A stretch of 44,194 nt of DNA. Origin: Gammaproteobacteria bacterium (lineage in GTDB: Bacteria > Pseudomonadota > Gammaproteobacteria > Steroidobacterales > Rariloculaceae). Position numbers and translations under genes: made by a program. The notes beneath the pieces were generated by a model. It saw nothing but the letters and a program-made list of their open reading frames with translations, had not been told where the DNA came from and searched no databases. Location: assembly GCA_963581225.1 (NCBI GenBank), contig CAUZMW010000003.1:1-44194 (forward strand), given 5' to 3'. Shown piece by piece: positions 19,005 to 27,520 of the stretch. How positions within the stretch are numbered: position 1 is the first letter of the stretch; every line of letters begins with the position of its first letter.

Positions 19005-19655
19005 CGCCTTTCCTCACCCAGTTCTCCCAGAAGAAACGATACTGGTAGTTGAGCCTATGCGTGCGCTGCAGAGCCTCCTGTATACGCTCCATTCGCCTCT
19101 TCGCGTCAACGGTAAAATTGTGAAACTGTACTTGGATATTCTCTATGGACTCGACAAGGCCGGTCTCGATCATTCGGTAGAGCAGATCGTACTCACCACC
19201 CTCGATATTGATCTTCATTAACGCAACGGACATGACTCGATTCTCATCAAACCATTGCTGAACGTCGACGATTCAAATCTTTTCCGCAGCGGCCCTTTTT
19301 CGCAACGTCGAACTGCCTGCGCCGCGAACGTAAATCGTTTGGGACTCGGAGATCGCTCCTAGCCCGAATTGGAAACCTCAATGTCCTCGTTCGCCTCGAA
19401 CCGTTCACTTAGCGCTTGCGCAAATTTCCTGACGGGTTCGAACACCACGACCCTGCACCCGTACTTGGAATGAATCTCGCTAGTCCATTGCCCCTCGTAG
19501 CCACCGAGGTCTATGACGAAGGAGTTTTTCGTCAACGGATAATCGTAACGAAACCGGGCGTCACCGCCATCGGCCTCCCACTGCTTGAGGATTCTCCTGT
19601 GCGTGCGGCGGTATAATCTCTTGTTCAGCCGATTTTCGAACTCTTCGAAGTTCAT
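18994..19655 (-). pseudogene. FkbM-family methyltransferase with frameshift and internal stop
   Basis: VIDLGGYEG and VVFEPV, frame change near 19370 into FGLG..., TGA at 19273-19275, then MKINIEGGEY and IQVQFH. Confidence 0.8.
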
Positions 19656-19813
19656 CGTGTGCCTGGTAACGGCGGTTGGAAAGAAGGCACTTTATGCGCT
19701 TCGACGCGACGCCGCAATCGCAGTAGCGACGGGGAGTGGCTTCGAGTGCCGATCTCTTCGATGCCTTACACTACACTAGTCGCTGCTGCCACCAAGAGCG
19801 CTCTTGCTTGCCG

Positions 19814-20887
19814 ATGACGATCAGTATTGCCCATGTCAATCTCTCCCGCGACTACCGCGGCGGCCAGAGACAAACGGAATTGTTAATCCGCGAGCTGGTA
19901 CACGCTGACGTCCGCCAGGTGCTCATCGCGCGCCGACACGCGCCGCTGGCCAAACGAGTAAAGAATCTCGACGTCGAAGTCCGCGAGGTCTCCGGGAACC
20001 GACTCGCGACGACGCGAGCGATGCAGGGCGTCGATCTCGTTCATGCTCACGAGGGTCGCAGCGTCTATGCCGCGTACCTCTGGTCGCTACTGTCTCAGAC
20101 TCCGTATATCGTCACGCGCCGGGTCGATAACCCTATCGGCAATCACTGGCTGGCGCATAAGGCCTATCGGCGGGCGGCATTCGTCGTCGCTGTTGCGCGG
20201 AGAGTCGCGGATATCGTGTCGACCTACGACTCATCCATTCAAGTACGCGTGATCTGCAGCGTCCACAGCGGGCTAAAACCCGACGATGTCCAAACGGCAG
20301 CCATCAGAGACGCCGCCGCGGGCAAGTTTCTGATTGGCCACGTCGGAGCGCTCGACAACAGCCAGAAGGGCCAGGAATTCATCATCCAGGTCGCAAGGGA
20401 ACTACAAAACACTCACCCGGATTTTCAGTTCCTGCTCGTCGGTGGTGGTAGCGATGAAACGATGTTGCGCGCGATGGCGACGGGTGTCGAGAATCTGTCC
20501 TTCACGGGCTTCGTGGACAACGTCGGTGACTATCTCTCTGCGTTCGATATCTTCATACTGCCGTCGAACAAAGAAGGCGTCGGTAGTATTCTGCTCGACG
20601 CGATGGCCCAGAGCCTGCCCATCATCGCGAGTAGAGTCGGTGGCGTTCCCGAGATCGTCCAAGACGGTAGCAACGGAATTTTGATCGACCCTGCGCGACC
20701 CGCGCAACTGAAGACCGCTCTACTACGCCTGCATGACGACCCGGCGCTGCGGCGCGAACTCGGCGAGAACGGCGAACGCGTCTCGAGAAATTTTATCGCC
20801 GGCGCCATGGCCGAGCGCTATCTCGACCTCTATCGCTCTTTGATCGATGGAAACCGATCCGAAGCCGCTGGAAAAGGCGTTCAATGA
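19814..20887 (+). CDS. Glycosyltransferase family 4 protein
   Basis: GGQRQ, VHAH, QKGQE, LPSNKEGVGSILLDAM, SRVGGVPEIV; ATG at 19814 preferred. Confidence 0.9.
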   Translation: MTISIAHVNLSRDYRGGQRQTELLIRELVHADVRQVLIARRHAPLAKRVKNLDVEVREVSGNRLATTRAMQGVDLVHAHEGRSVYAAYLWSLLSQTPYIVTRRVDNPIGNHWLAHKAYRRAAFVVAVARRVADIVSTYDSSIQVRVICSVHSGLKPDDVQTAAIRDAAAGKFLIGHVGALDNSQKGQEFIIQVARELQNTHPDFQFLLVGGGSDETMLRAMATGVENLSFTGFVDNVGDYLSAFDIFILPSNKEGVGSILLDAMAQSLPIIASRVGGVPEIVQDGSNGILIDPARPAQLKTALLRLHDDPALRRELGENGERVSRNFIAGAMAERYLDLYRSLIDGNRSEAAGKGVQ

Positions 20888-20949
20888 GAATGTTGTGGGT
20901 ACGGCGCAGGGAGGCATGAACTATCACGACTGTCGGTGGCCTGTGGTGA

Positions 20950-22461
20950 CTACTCGAACTTCGCGAGTAATGCGGGCGGGATCGGGCCGACCCGAGCGGC
21001 TTCATCCATCGCGGCCGTCACGTGCTCCGGCACCGGCGACGTCCGCTGCGTCGCGAGGCTCACGGTTATCATGACGGTGGTCGAGCCAAGTACGCCGGCC
21101 AGCATCGGCGGCAGCCCGATGATCTCAACAAGCCCCACGAACTCCCAGAAAAACGCAAGCGTCGCGCCCGTCGCCATCGACGCAATCGCGGCAGGCGTAT
21201 TGGCTTTGCGCCACCAGACCGCGCACACATAGGCGGGCAGGAAAGCGCTGCCGAGCACCGACGTCGCGAACACGACGATGCTGAAGACCGACGGCGGATC
21301 GGCGAGCGCGACGATATAACCGACGACGCCGATCGAAAACACCAGGCCCCGCGACACCCAGACCATCTGCCGCTCCGAGGCGCCGGGGTTGATGAAGCGC
21401 TCGTAGAGATCCCGTGAGGCTATCGAGCCCGTCTGCAGCAGGAGCGAATCGGCCGTCGACATGATCGCTGCCATGATCGCTGCCATGACGACACCCATGA
21501 CGGCGGCCGGCAGCAGATTCTCGGCCAGCCTCATAATCGCCAGTTCCGGGTCGTCGAGATCCGGCAGGATGATGATCGCAAGAATGCCCAACAGGTAGGG
21601 TGTCGAGACAAACAAAAGATTCCAGGCCGTAGCGTACGCCCCGGCCTGCCGTGCAGTCGCCGGGTGGCGCATCGCGAGATGCCGCGTCACGACGTGGGGC
21701 CAGCCCATATAACCGACCGAGAAAATCAACAGGGCGCCGAGGACGAGACCCCATTCGCCTTCATATCCCAGACCGCGACCCCAGACCGACAGCAGGGTCG
21801 GATCGATCGAGCCGATCGACGCGTTGGCCGCGCCCAGGCCGCCGACCTCGATCAGCGCGGCAACCACGATCCAGCCGATGCCGATCAGCATGACGACGCT
21901 CTGCAGGGCATCCGTGTAGGCCACGGCGAGATAGCCGCCGAGTAACGTGTAGATCAGGATGATGCCGACCGCGATCAGCGACGCGAGCCAGTACGGCACG
22001 CCGGTAACGAGTGCCATGCCCTTGCCGCCGGCGATGAACTGGGCGAGTACATAACAGCCGAGCAGAAAGACCGTCAGTACGCCGGCGATCAGCCGCACAG
22101 CCGGTGACGGGTAACGTTTCTCGAGGTATTCGATGGATGTCAGCGCGCCGATGATCTGCGAAAACTTGCGCATACGCCGGCCGATCACCGAGAGATTCAA
22201 TACACCGCCACCGATGTCGCCGGCCGCGTACCAGAGCGCCCAGTAGCCCTCCGCGAACCCGAGCGCGCCGGCGCCAAGGAACATGTAGCCGCTCATGGAT
22301 GTGGTCTGCAGCGTCAGCGCCGTGACGATCGGCCCGATCCGGCGGCCGCCAAGCAGAAAACCTTCGAGATCCTTACCGGCACCGAGGCGCATCGCCCAGA
22401 TGCCGATGCCGAGCACAAGCGCGAAATAGAAAACGAGGAACAGTACCGCCGTGGTGTTCAC
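20950..22461 (-). CDS. Sodium:solute symporter (PutP-like)
   Basis: FLLGGR, SMSGYMFLG, GGYLAVAYTDALQ, GWPHV, AAIMSTADS. Confidence 0.92.
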   Translation of the reverse strand: MNTTAVLFLVFYFALVLGIGIWAMRLGAGKDLEGFLLGGRRIGPIVTALTLQTTSMSGYMFLGAGALGFAEGYWALWYAAGDIGGGVLNLSVIGRRMRKFSQIIGALTSIEYLEKRYPSPAVRLIAGVLTVFLLGCYVLAQFIAGGKGMALVTGVPYWLASLIAVGIILIYTLLGGYLAVAYTDALQSVVMLIGIGWIVVAALIEVGGLGAANASIGSIDPTLLSVWGRGLGYEGEWGLVLGALLIFSVGYMGWPHVVTRHLAMRHPATARQAGAYATAWNLLFVSTPYLLGILAIIILPDLDDPELAIMRLAENLLPAAVMGVVMAAIMAAIMSTADSLLLQTGSIASRDLYERFINPGASERQMVWVSRGLVFSIGVVGYIVALADPPSVFSIVVFATSVLGSAFLPAYVCAVWWRKANTPAAIASMATGATLAFFWEFVGLVEIIGLPPMLAGVLGSTTVMITVSLATQRTSPVPEHVTAAMDEAARVGPIPPALLAKFE

Positions 22462-22592
22462 GCGTCGTCGTCCTCTCCGCTCGAGTCACGGGACCAATTG
22501 CGAGAGACGATCAGGAAGCCGATCGTGTAAGCAATCCAAAAGACCGGGAAGCCGAAGACGAGTAACGTCGTACTTAATGGCAAGCCGAACAT
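22458..22592 (-). CDS. 44-aa single-pass membrane protein, putative SSS small subunit (below the ORF-track cutoff)
   Basis: MFGLPLSTTLLVFGFPVFWIAYTIGFLIVSRNWSRDSSGEDDDA; its TGA overlaps the symporter GTG (GTGA). Confidence 0.7.
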   Translation of the reverse strand: MFGLPLSTTLLVFGFPVFWIAYTIGFLIVSRNWSRDSSGEDDDA

Positions 22593-22715
22593 ATAGACAG
22601 GTTACGCAGGGACAGCACAGCCCATGTCACGGGCTTGACGGCCGCCTCAATGAAAGACGCAGCCGATTATCCGAGATGCCGGCGGGAAAAGGAAACTTGA
22701 CCGGGTCGGCGCCTT

Positions 22716-23378
22716 TTAGGCTGAGGCGAGGCTGGCGGCGTTCGCCGGAGTCCGCGGCGCGACGACGTCTTTGAAATCGTAGACTCGCGTAATCTCGAGT
22801 TCATCCCCGCCGGGAGTCTCGAAAGTCACTATCCAGATCAGCTGCTCGCCGTCCGCGGCCAATTCGAATGTCTCGGAAAACGCCAGCCCGCCCCTGGGCC
22901 GGCGCTCCACGAAAAAAGCGCCTTCCTGCCACTCGGCAGAGAAATTTTGATTCGTATCGCTTAGAGTCTCGCCGTCGCGATAGACGACGGTCGATGTACT
23001 ATCGTAATTCACCTGCACCGTCTCCGAAGCTTGTACGACTATGAGTTCATCCATCGGGTCGGTGATTTCTGCCGGGAATTCCGTCGCCGCTTCCTCTGCA
23101 CCATCGGGAATCATCGATGCGACTTCAGCCGCGGAAATTCCGTACACGCTGATAATTCCGCCAAAGCGCCGAATCAAATCGAGTGGGGATGTCGAGCCGC
23201 CTGAAACGCGGCTAAGAACGTCGCTCGGTCGATCGCTGAGTTCCTGATTGAGTACCCAGTCGCCGCTCAGGTCGACGGGTTCGTCAATCGCTGCTGTAAG
23301 TTGGGGTGCCGTCGAACACGCGGCCAGCGCTGTCAAGACGACCTGCTGCAATCGGTTCTGCCTGAAATCCATGGCCAT
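22716..23378 (-). CDS. Hypothetical lipoprotein
   Basis: Lipobox-like LAAC; DLSGDW.LN..LSD start and RVYD end, typical of lipocalin-like beta-barrel hypotheticals; GGAGG upstream of the start. Confidence 0.7.
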   Translation of the reverse strand: MAMDFRQNRLQQVVLTALAACSTAPQLTAAIDEPVDLSGDWVLNQELSDRPSDVLSRVSGGSTSPLDLIRRFGGIISVYGISAAEVASMIPDGAEEAATEFPAEITDPMDELIVVQASETVQVNYDSTSTVVYRDGETLSDTNQNFSAEWQEGAFFVERRPRGGLAFSETFELAADGEQLIWIVTFETPGGDELEITRVYDFKDVVAPRTPANAASLASA

Positions 23379-23502
23379 GCCCTCCTGTCATTCGATCGCT
23401 ATGTGAGCCTGCAGCGATTCGTGCTCGTAGCTGGTTACAACGCGCTACTTGAGCTCGAGTTGACAGAATAAGGGAAGAATCACGACGAGGCCGTCGCTCC
23501 CA

Positions 23503-23551
23503 AAATACGGGGACGGCCTGCCTGTTGTGCGACGAAATACGGGGGCGGTCT
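23503..23551. repeat. Two degenerate direct copies of the REP-like unit
   Basis: AAATACGGGGACGGCCTGCCT and GAAATACGGGGGCGGTCT match the arm of the 11391 and 25185 palindromes. Confidence 0.6.
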
Positions 23552-23564
23552 TGGCCGCGATTTC

Positions 23565-25133
23565 CTAGATCGTATCTACCGTCAGGATATTCTCGAACAA
23601 GACCTCATCATCCACGTGGTGGTGGCGCAACTCCAGCGTCGGCACACCGTCAACTCGATCCACGGTTACCGACAGGAAACCGCCGATGATATTGAGATAG
23701 CGGTGCTCCGGCCGAATGTCGTCGTTGCTGGACCAGGCTCCGGCGTGCTCGTCACTCGCGGCCCCGGTCCCATACTCACGCACACCTGTCTCGTCATCCA
23801 CGGAGACATACTGCCAGTGACGATCACCGCAGATCACGATCATGTTACCTTGCTCCGCTATAAACTGACGCAGATCGTCGCCCTCGTTCGTCCACGCGGG
23901 ATTGGCGTGGCTGTCGTACTTGTCGTCGTTATCGGGGCCGACGACCGGCGTCGGGCTTATCAAGATCTTGAAAGTCGCGTCGGATGCCTCGACCGTGTCC
24001 TTGAACCAGGCAAGTTGCTCGGCGCCCCAGATCGACTTCTCCGGGCCGTCGGGATCCATGTTCGCGTCGCGAAAATCCCGGCCTTCGACGAGCCAGAACT
24101 GCACGTCCTGCCCCCAGCGGAAAGTCCGGTAGGTGAGGTCCTTCATCGGCACCTGCTCGGTGAAGACTTCGATGCCCTGCTGGAACGTGAACTCGCCCAT
24201 GTACTCACTGACCTGACTCGGCCAGGTATCGTCCTGCCAGACGTCGTGATCGTCCTTCATGAAGTAAGTCGGAACTGTGCGATGAAAATCGATGTTGGAC
24301 GCGAGCCCGAACATGCGCGCCCAGCCCCAGCGTGCGAGATCGATATTCTTCGCATACGCGTCGTAGTAGATGATGTCGCCGGTGTGGACGAAGAAGTCGA
24401 CGCCCATATCCATCATCGCGTGATGAATCTGGAACCCCCCGTCGGGCGCATCCTGATCTTCGTAGTCCGTGCCGGTTACCGAGCCGAACACGACACGAGC
24501 CGGTTGGTCTGGTGCGGGCGCCGTGCCGAATCGGCCTTCAATCGTCGAGCTTGCCGCGGTGCTGCCTGCCGCACGCCCTTCGACACGCAACACGTAATCG
24601 GTGCCGGAAGAAAGCCCGGTCAATGTGAACTGACCCGTGAAATCTCTTTCCGGGTCCACAGCGACCCAGGCCGTCGACGCCCACGTCTCGGCGTCCGCTT
24701 TCCGGTAGACGACACGCGTCTCGCCGGTCGTGCCGATGACCGCGCTCTCGATGGTCTCGATCGAAGATCCCTCCGGATAGATGATGACCGGCGACCAGTC
24801 GTGCGGATGAAAACGTCCCGGAAGATCTTCCCGAAGTTCATCCTCACCCGGCACCTGATAAAGAAACTCGGGCATCGGCGCATCCACGCTGATGGGATCG
24901 GCGAGACGCGTGAGCCGCGTCCAAATAATGGCTTCGGAGTCCGTTACCTCTCCGACCTTGATGCCCGTGGCCTGGTACGGGCCGACGCTCTCAGGCGCGG
25001 CTACGGATACAGCCGGCGGAACCGTCGCGTCAACGGCCGACGCATCCGTCTCCGGCTGTTCGCAACCGGCGAGAATAAAGAAAAGGAACAGGCACATCGC
25101 TCTGTCGACGCCATTACGCTGAATTATTTTCAT
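23565..25133 (-). CDS. phoD: PhoD-like metallophosphatase, lipoprotein (copy 1)
   Basis: LAGC lipobox; GEVT..EAIIWTR, HTGDIIYYD, KDDHD, EGRDFR, CGDRH. Confidence 0.88.
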   Translation of the reverse strand: MKIIQRNGVDRAMCLFLFFILAGCEQPETDASAVDATVPPAVSVAAPESVGPYQATGIKVGEVTDSEAIIWTRLTRLADPISVDAPMPEFLYQVPGEDELREDLPGRFHPHDWSPVIIYPEGSSIETIESAVIGTTGETRVVYRKADAETWASTAWVAVDPERDFTGQFTLTGLSSGTDYVLRVEGRAAGSTAASSTIEGRFGTAPAPDQPARVVFGSVTGTDYEDQDAPDGGFQIHHAMMDMGVDFFVHTGDIIYYDAYAKNIDLARWGWARMFGLASNIDFHRTVPTYFMKDDHDVWQDDTWPSQVSEYMGEFTFQQGIEVFTEQVPMKDLTYRTFRWGQDVQFWLVEGRDFRDANMDPDGPEKSIWGAEQLAWFKDTVEASDATFKILISPTPVVGPDNDDKYDSHANPAWTNEGDDLRQFIAEQGNMIVICGDRHWQYVSVDDETGVREYGTGAASDEHAGAWSSNDDIRPEHRYLNIIGGFLSVTVDRVDGVPTLELRHHHVDDEVLFENILTVDTI

Positions 25134-25163
25134 TCGTATCTACCCCATAAGAGTCGCGGCGAG

Positions 25164-25262
25164 GCCTACAGATACGAGGACGAAATACGGGGACGGTCTA
25201 CCTAACTCACGAACTCCGTTGAACCGTCTAGAGTTAGGTAGACCGTCCCCGTATCTGTAGGC
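25164..25262. repeat. REP-like palindrome, second full copy
   Basis: 24-bp perfect arms at 25185-25208 and 25231-25254; an alternative outer arm GCCTACAGATACG (25164-25176) pairs with 25250-25262. Confidence 0.88.
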
Positions 25263-25271
25263 ACCTTTTTA

Positions 25272-26003
25272 TTATCGTTCTGCGCGCGATACTACGCGTT
25301 TCCACCAGACGATAAAACCCGTCACAAACATCACCGTCGGTAGTAGACCGAGTATGACCCACAGAACTCGGATCGACAGCCCGCCGAAGCGCCCAAAGTG
25401 CCAGCGTATCAGCGTCAGTAGAACCCCTTCGCCCGGGCGCTCGAAGTCCGTGGGATCGGTATCGTAATAATTAAAGGCCCATTCGAACGGTTCAGGGAAG
25501 GCGAAGTAGACACCCGTGAACGCCCAGCCGAATAGCAGCACAAAGCCCCAGAAACCGAATGCGCTGTGCAGATGCCACGAGAAGCGCCGCGTCCTGGCGG
25601 GCCGCGCGACGATCAGGCTTCTGCGCCAGCGAGCTCTCCCGGGCCACCAGATCACTGCACCCGTCAGTATCAGAACGGTCACGAGCAGAGCCGCGATCCC
25701 GTTGATGTCGCGACCGAGCGAGCCGGCCAGCAGATTGTCGTGCAGGTCCACGAACCATTCCATGACACGGATCGCCGCAGGAAAACCGTTATCGAAATCC
25801 GATCCCCGCGGCATCAGCCACTGTGCCAACTCGCGCCGAAAGACGACGGCGCTGCCGGTGATACTGATCATGCAGATATAGAGGCCGACGGCGATACCGA
25901 GCCACAGGTGGACTTGAAAGAGCGCCTTGCGGAACCACAGCAACTGAGGTTGATGTACCCAGCGCCGCCACCCAATGAGGCGTGATTGAACGTTAGCGGC
26001 CAA
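25272..26003 (-). CDS. PepSY-associated TM helix domain protein
   Basis: FQVHLWLG, ITGS, DLHDNLL, LTGAVIWWPG, WHLHSAFG, WHFGRFG, TGFIVWW. Confidence 0.88.
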   Translation of the reverse strand: MAANVQSRLIGWRRWVHQPQLLWFRKALFQVHLWLGIAVGLYICMISITGSAVVFRRELAQWLMPRGSDFDNGFPAAIRVMEWFVDLHDNLLAGSLGRDINGIAALLVTVLILTGAVIWWPGRARWRRSLIVARPARTRRFSWHLHSAFGFWGFVLLFGWAFTGVYFAFPEPFEWAFNYYDTDPTDFERPGEGVLLTLIRWHFGRFGGLSIRVLWVILGLLPTVMFVTGFIVWWKRVVSRAER

Positions 26004-26021
26004 GAATAAACGTAGGCCGCT

Positions 26022-27107
26022 CTAGAGCGCGATCACGATCTTGCCCAGGTGGGCGCCGCTTTCCATGTACTCGTAAGCGGCCGGTGCATCCTCGAATGAG
26101 AATACCCGGTCGATCACAGGATGCAGTTGGTGTTCGATCAGAAATTCGTTCATCGCCTCGAAGTCGTCCCGGCTGCCGACGTAGATATTGGTTACCGAGG
26201 TACCGTTCGGCAGCGGTCGCAACGGTATCTCACCCGCGCGCCCCGACAGCCCGCCGATGATCGCAACGTGGGCATCGTAGGCGAGTACATCGAGGGCTCG
26301 GGATAAGGTCTCCTGGCCGACGACTTCCAGCACATGATCGACGCCAACGCCGTCGGTCAATGCTAGTACCTCTTCCTGCCACTCCGGGTATTGCCGATAG
26401 TTCACCGTACCGACGGCACCCAACGATCGCGCCCGCTCGAGTTTGGCATCGCTGGAGCTCGTAATGATCGGTCTTGCGCCGGCGGCCGCGGCAAGCTGGA
26501 GGCCGAAGATAGAGACGCCACCGGTTCCCTCCAGCAGGACGGTGTCCCCCGCCTGAAGGCCGCCATCGGTGAACAACGCACGCCATGCCGTTACGGCCGC
26601 GCACGGCAGTGTTGCGGCTTCTTCGAAGCTCAGGTAGTCGGGAACGGCGACGAGGCCGTTCTCGTGACTCGCCACGACCTCCGCGAGCATGCCGTCGACA
26701 CCGCCGCCGCGGGCCGTCGCCATGGCTTCCCGCGTGCGCCGCCCGCTCGGCCAGTCGGCGAAGAACGTCCCGGCCACTCGATCGCCTACGGCGAACTGCG
26801 TCACGTCACTACCGATGGCGATGACTTCGCCGGCGCCGTCCGACAGCGGGACTGTTCCGGCGGCTGCCGGCCGGCCGAGGATGGATAGATCGCGGTGATT
26901 GAGCGACACCGCACGCACGCGCACCAGAACCTCATGTGCGCCCGGCGTCGGCTGCGCGATCTCTTGCATTGCAAGCGTGAGGCCGTTCGATGCGGGCTCG
27001 AGCCGATACTGGCGAATAGTTTGAGCGTCAGCTTCGAACGCAACGCCGGTGACGCCCACGAGCAACGCAAATATCGTCGCCGTTCGAATCGTAGAGAACA
27101 TTCTCAC
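26022..27107 (-). CDS. NAD(P)-dependent MDR-family oxidoreductase with N-terminal signal-peptide-like extension
   Basis: AVSLNHRD, PLSDGAGEV, EAATLPCAAVTAW, GTGGVS, TSSSDAKL, HLGKIVI. Confidence 0.9.
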   Translation of the reverse strand: MRMFSTIRTATIFALLVGVTGVAFEADAQTIRQYRLEPASNGLTLAMQEIAQPTPGAHEVLVRVRAVSLNHRDLSILGRPAAAGTVPLSDGAGEVIAIGSDVTQFAVGDRVAGTFFADWPSGRRTREAMATARGGGVDGMLAEVVASHENGLVAVPDYLSFEEAATLPCAAVTAWRALFTDGGLQAGDTVLLEGTGGVSIFGLQLAAAAGARPIITSSSDAKLERARSLGAVGTVNYRQYPEWQEEVLALTDGVGVDHVLEVVGQETLSRALDVLAYDAHVAIIGGLSGRAGEIPLRPLPNGTSVTNIYVGSRDDFEAMNEFLIEHQLHPVIDRVFSFEDAPAAYEYMESGAHLGKIVIAL

Positions 27108-27130
27108 TTCAGTACTCCCCTTTGTTCGCC

Positions 27131-27520
27131 CTACTCCCAGCGCGGCTCCGATCCGGGCCTGAGTACGACCTCGCGACCGTCCGCAAGCAGAATATTACTC
27201 GCATGCATCCCGTTGCTACCGTCGCGGGCCGGAAAGCCCGCCAAGCGGAAGCGATTGCCGACACTAATCACCTCTCGAGATATCGTGCGACGCTCCATGC
27301 CGTTGGGGGAGTTGGACTCGATCGTCCAGACCACGCCGTCATCAGTACGCATGCTGAAACTGATGTGCGGATTCTCCCACTGGACGCCGATCACCTCGCC
27401 CTCGATCTCGGCAGTCTGGTTCGTGTTATAGGTGTAGCCGAACGTGTGATGGCCGAACGCGATCCACGGCGCGAGCAGCAAGCCGAGTAGCAGACTCGCC
27501 TGCCGACTGAATCGTCTCAT
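27131..27520 (-). CDS. Exported DUF6152-like protein
   Basis: Signal peptide, then HHTF...EGEV...W.NPH...W.IE pattern. Confidence 0.7.
   Translation of the reverse strand: MRRFSRQASLLLGLLLAPWIAFGHHTFGYTYNTNQTAEIEGEVIGVQWENPHISFSMRTDDGVVWTIESNSPNGMERRTISREVISVGNRFRLAGFPARDGSNGMHASNILLADGREVVLRPGSEPRWE

Noticed and set aside
23616-25205. 529-aa plus-strand ORF, and similar long antisense ORFs (8971-10059, 29273-30415, 114-938)
   Set aside because: They are shadows of well-supported genes on the opposite strand, expected at high GC, and have no recognisable motifs.
11391-25262. Palindromic repeats as a CRISPR array or IS ends
   Set aside because: There is no regular repeat-spacer periodicity, no cas or transposase gene, and the copies are dispersed inverted pairs.
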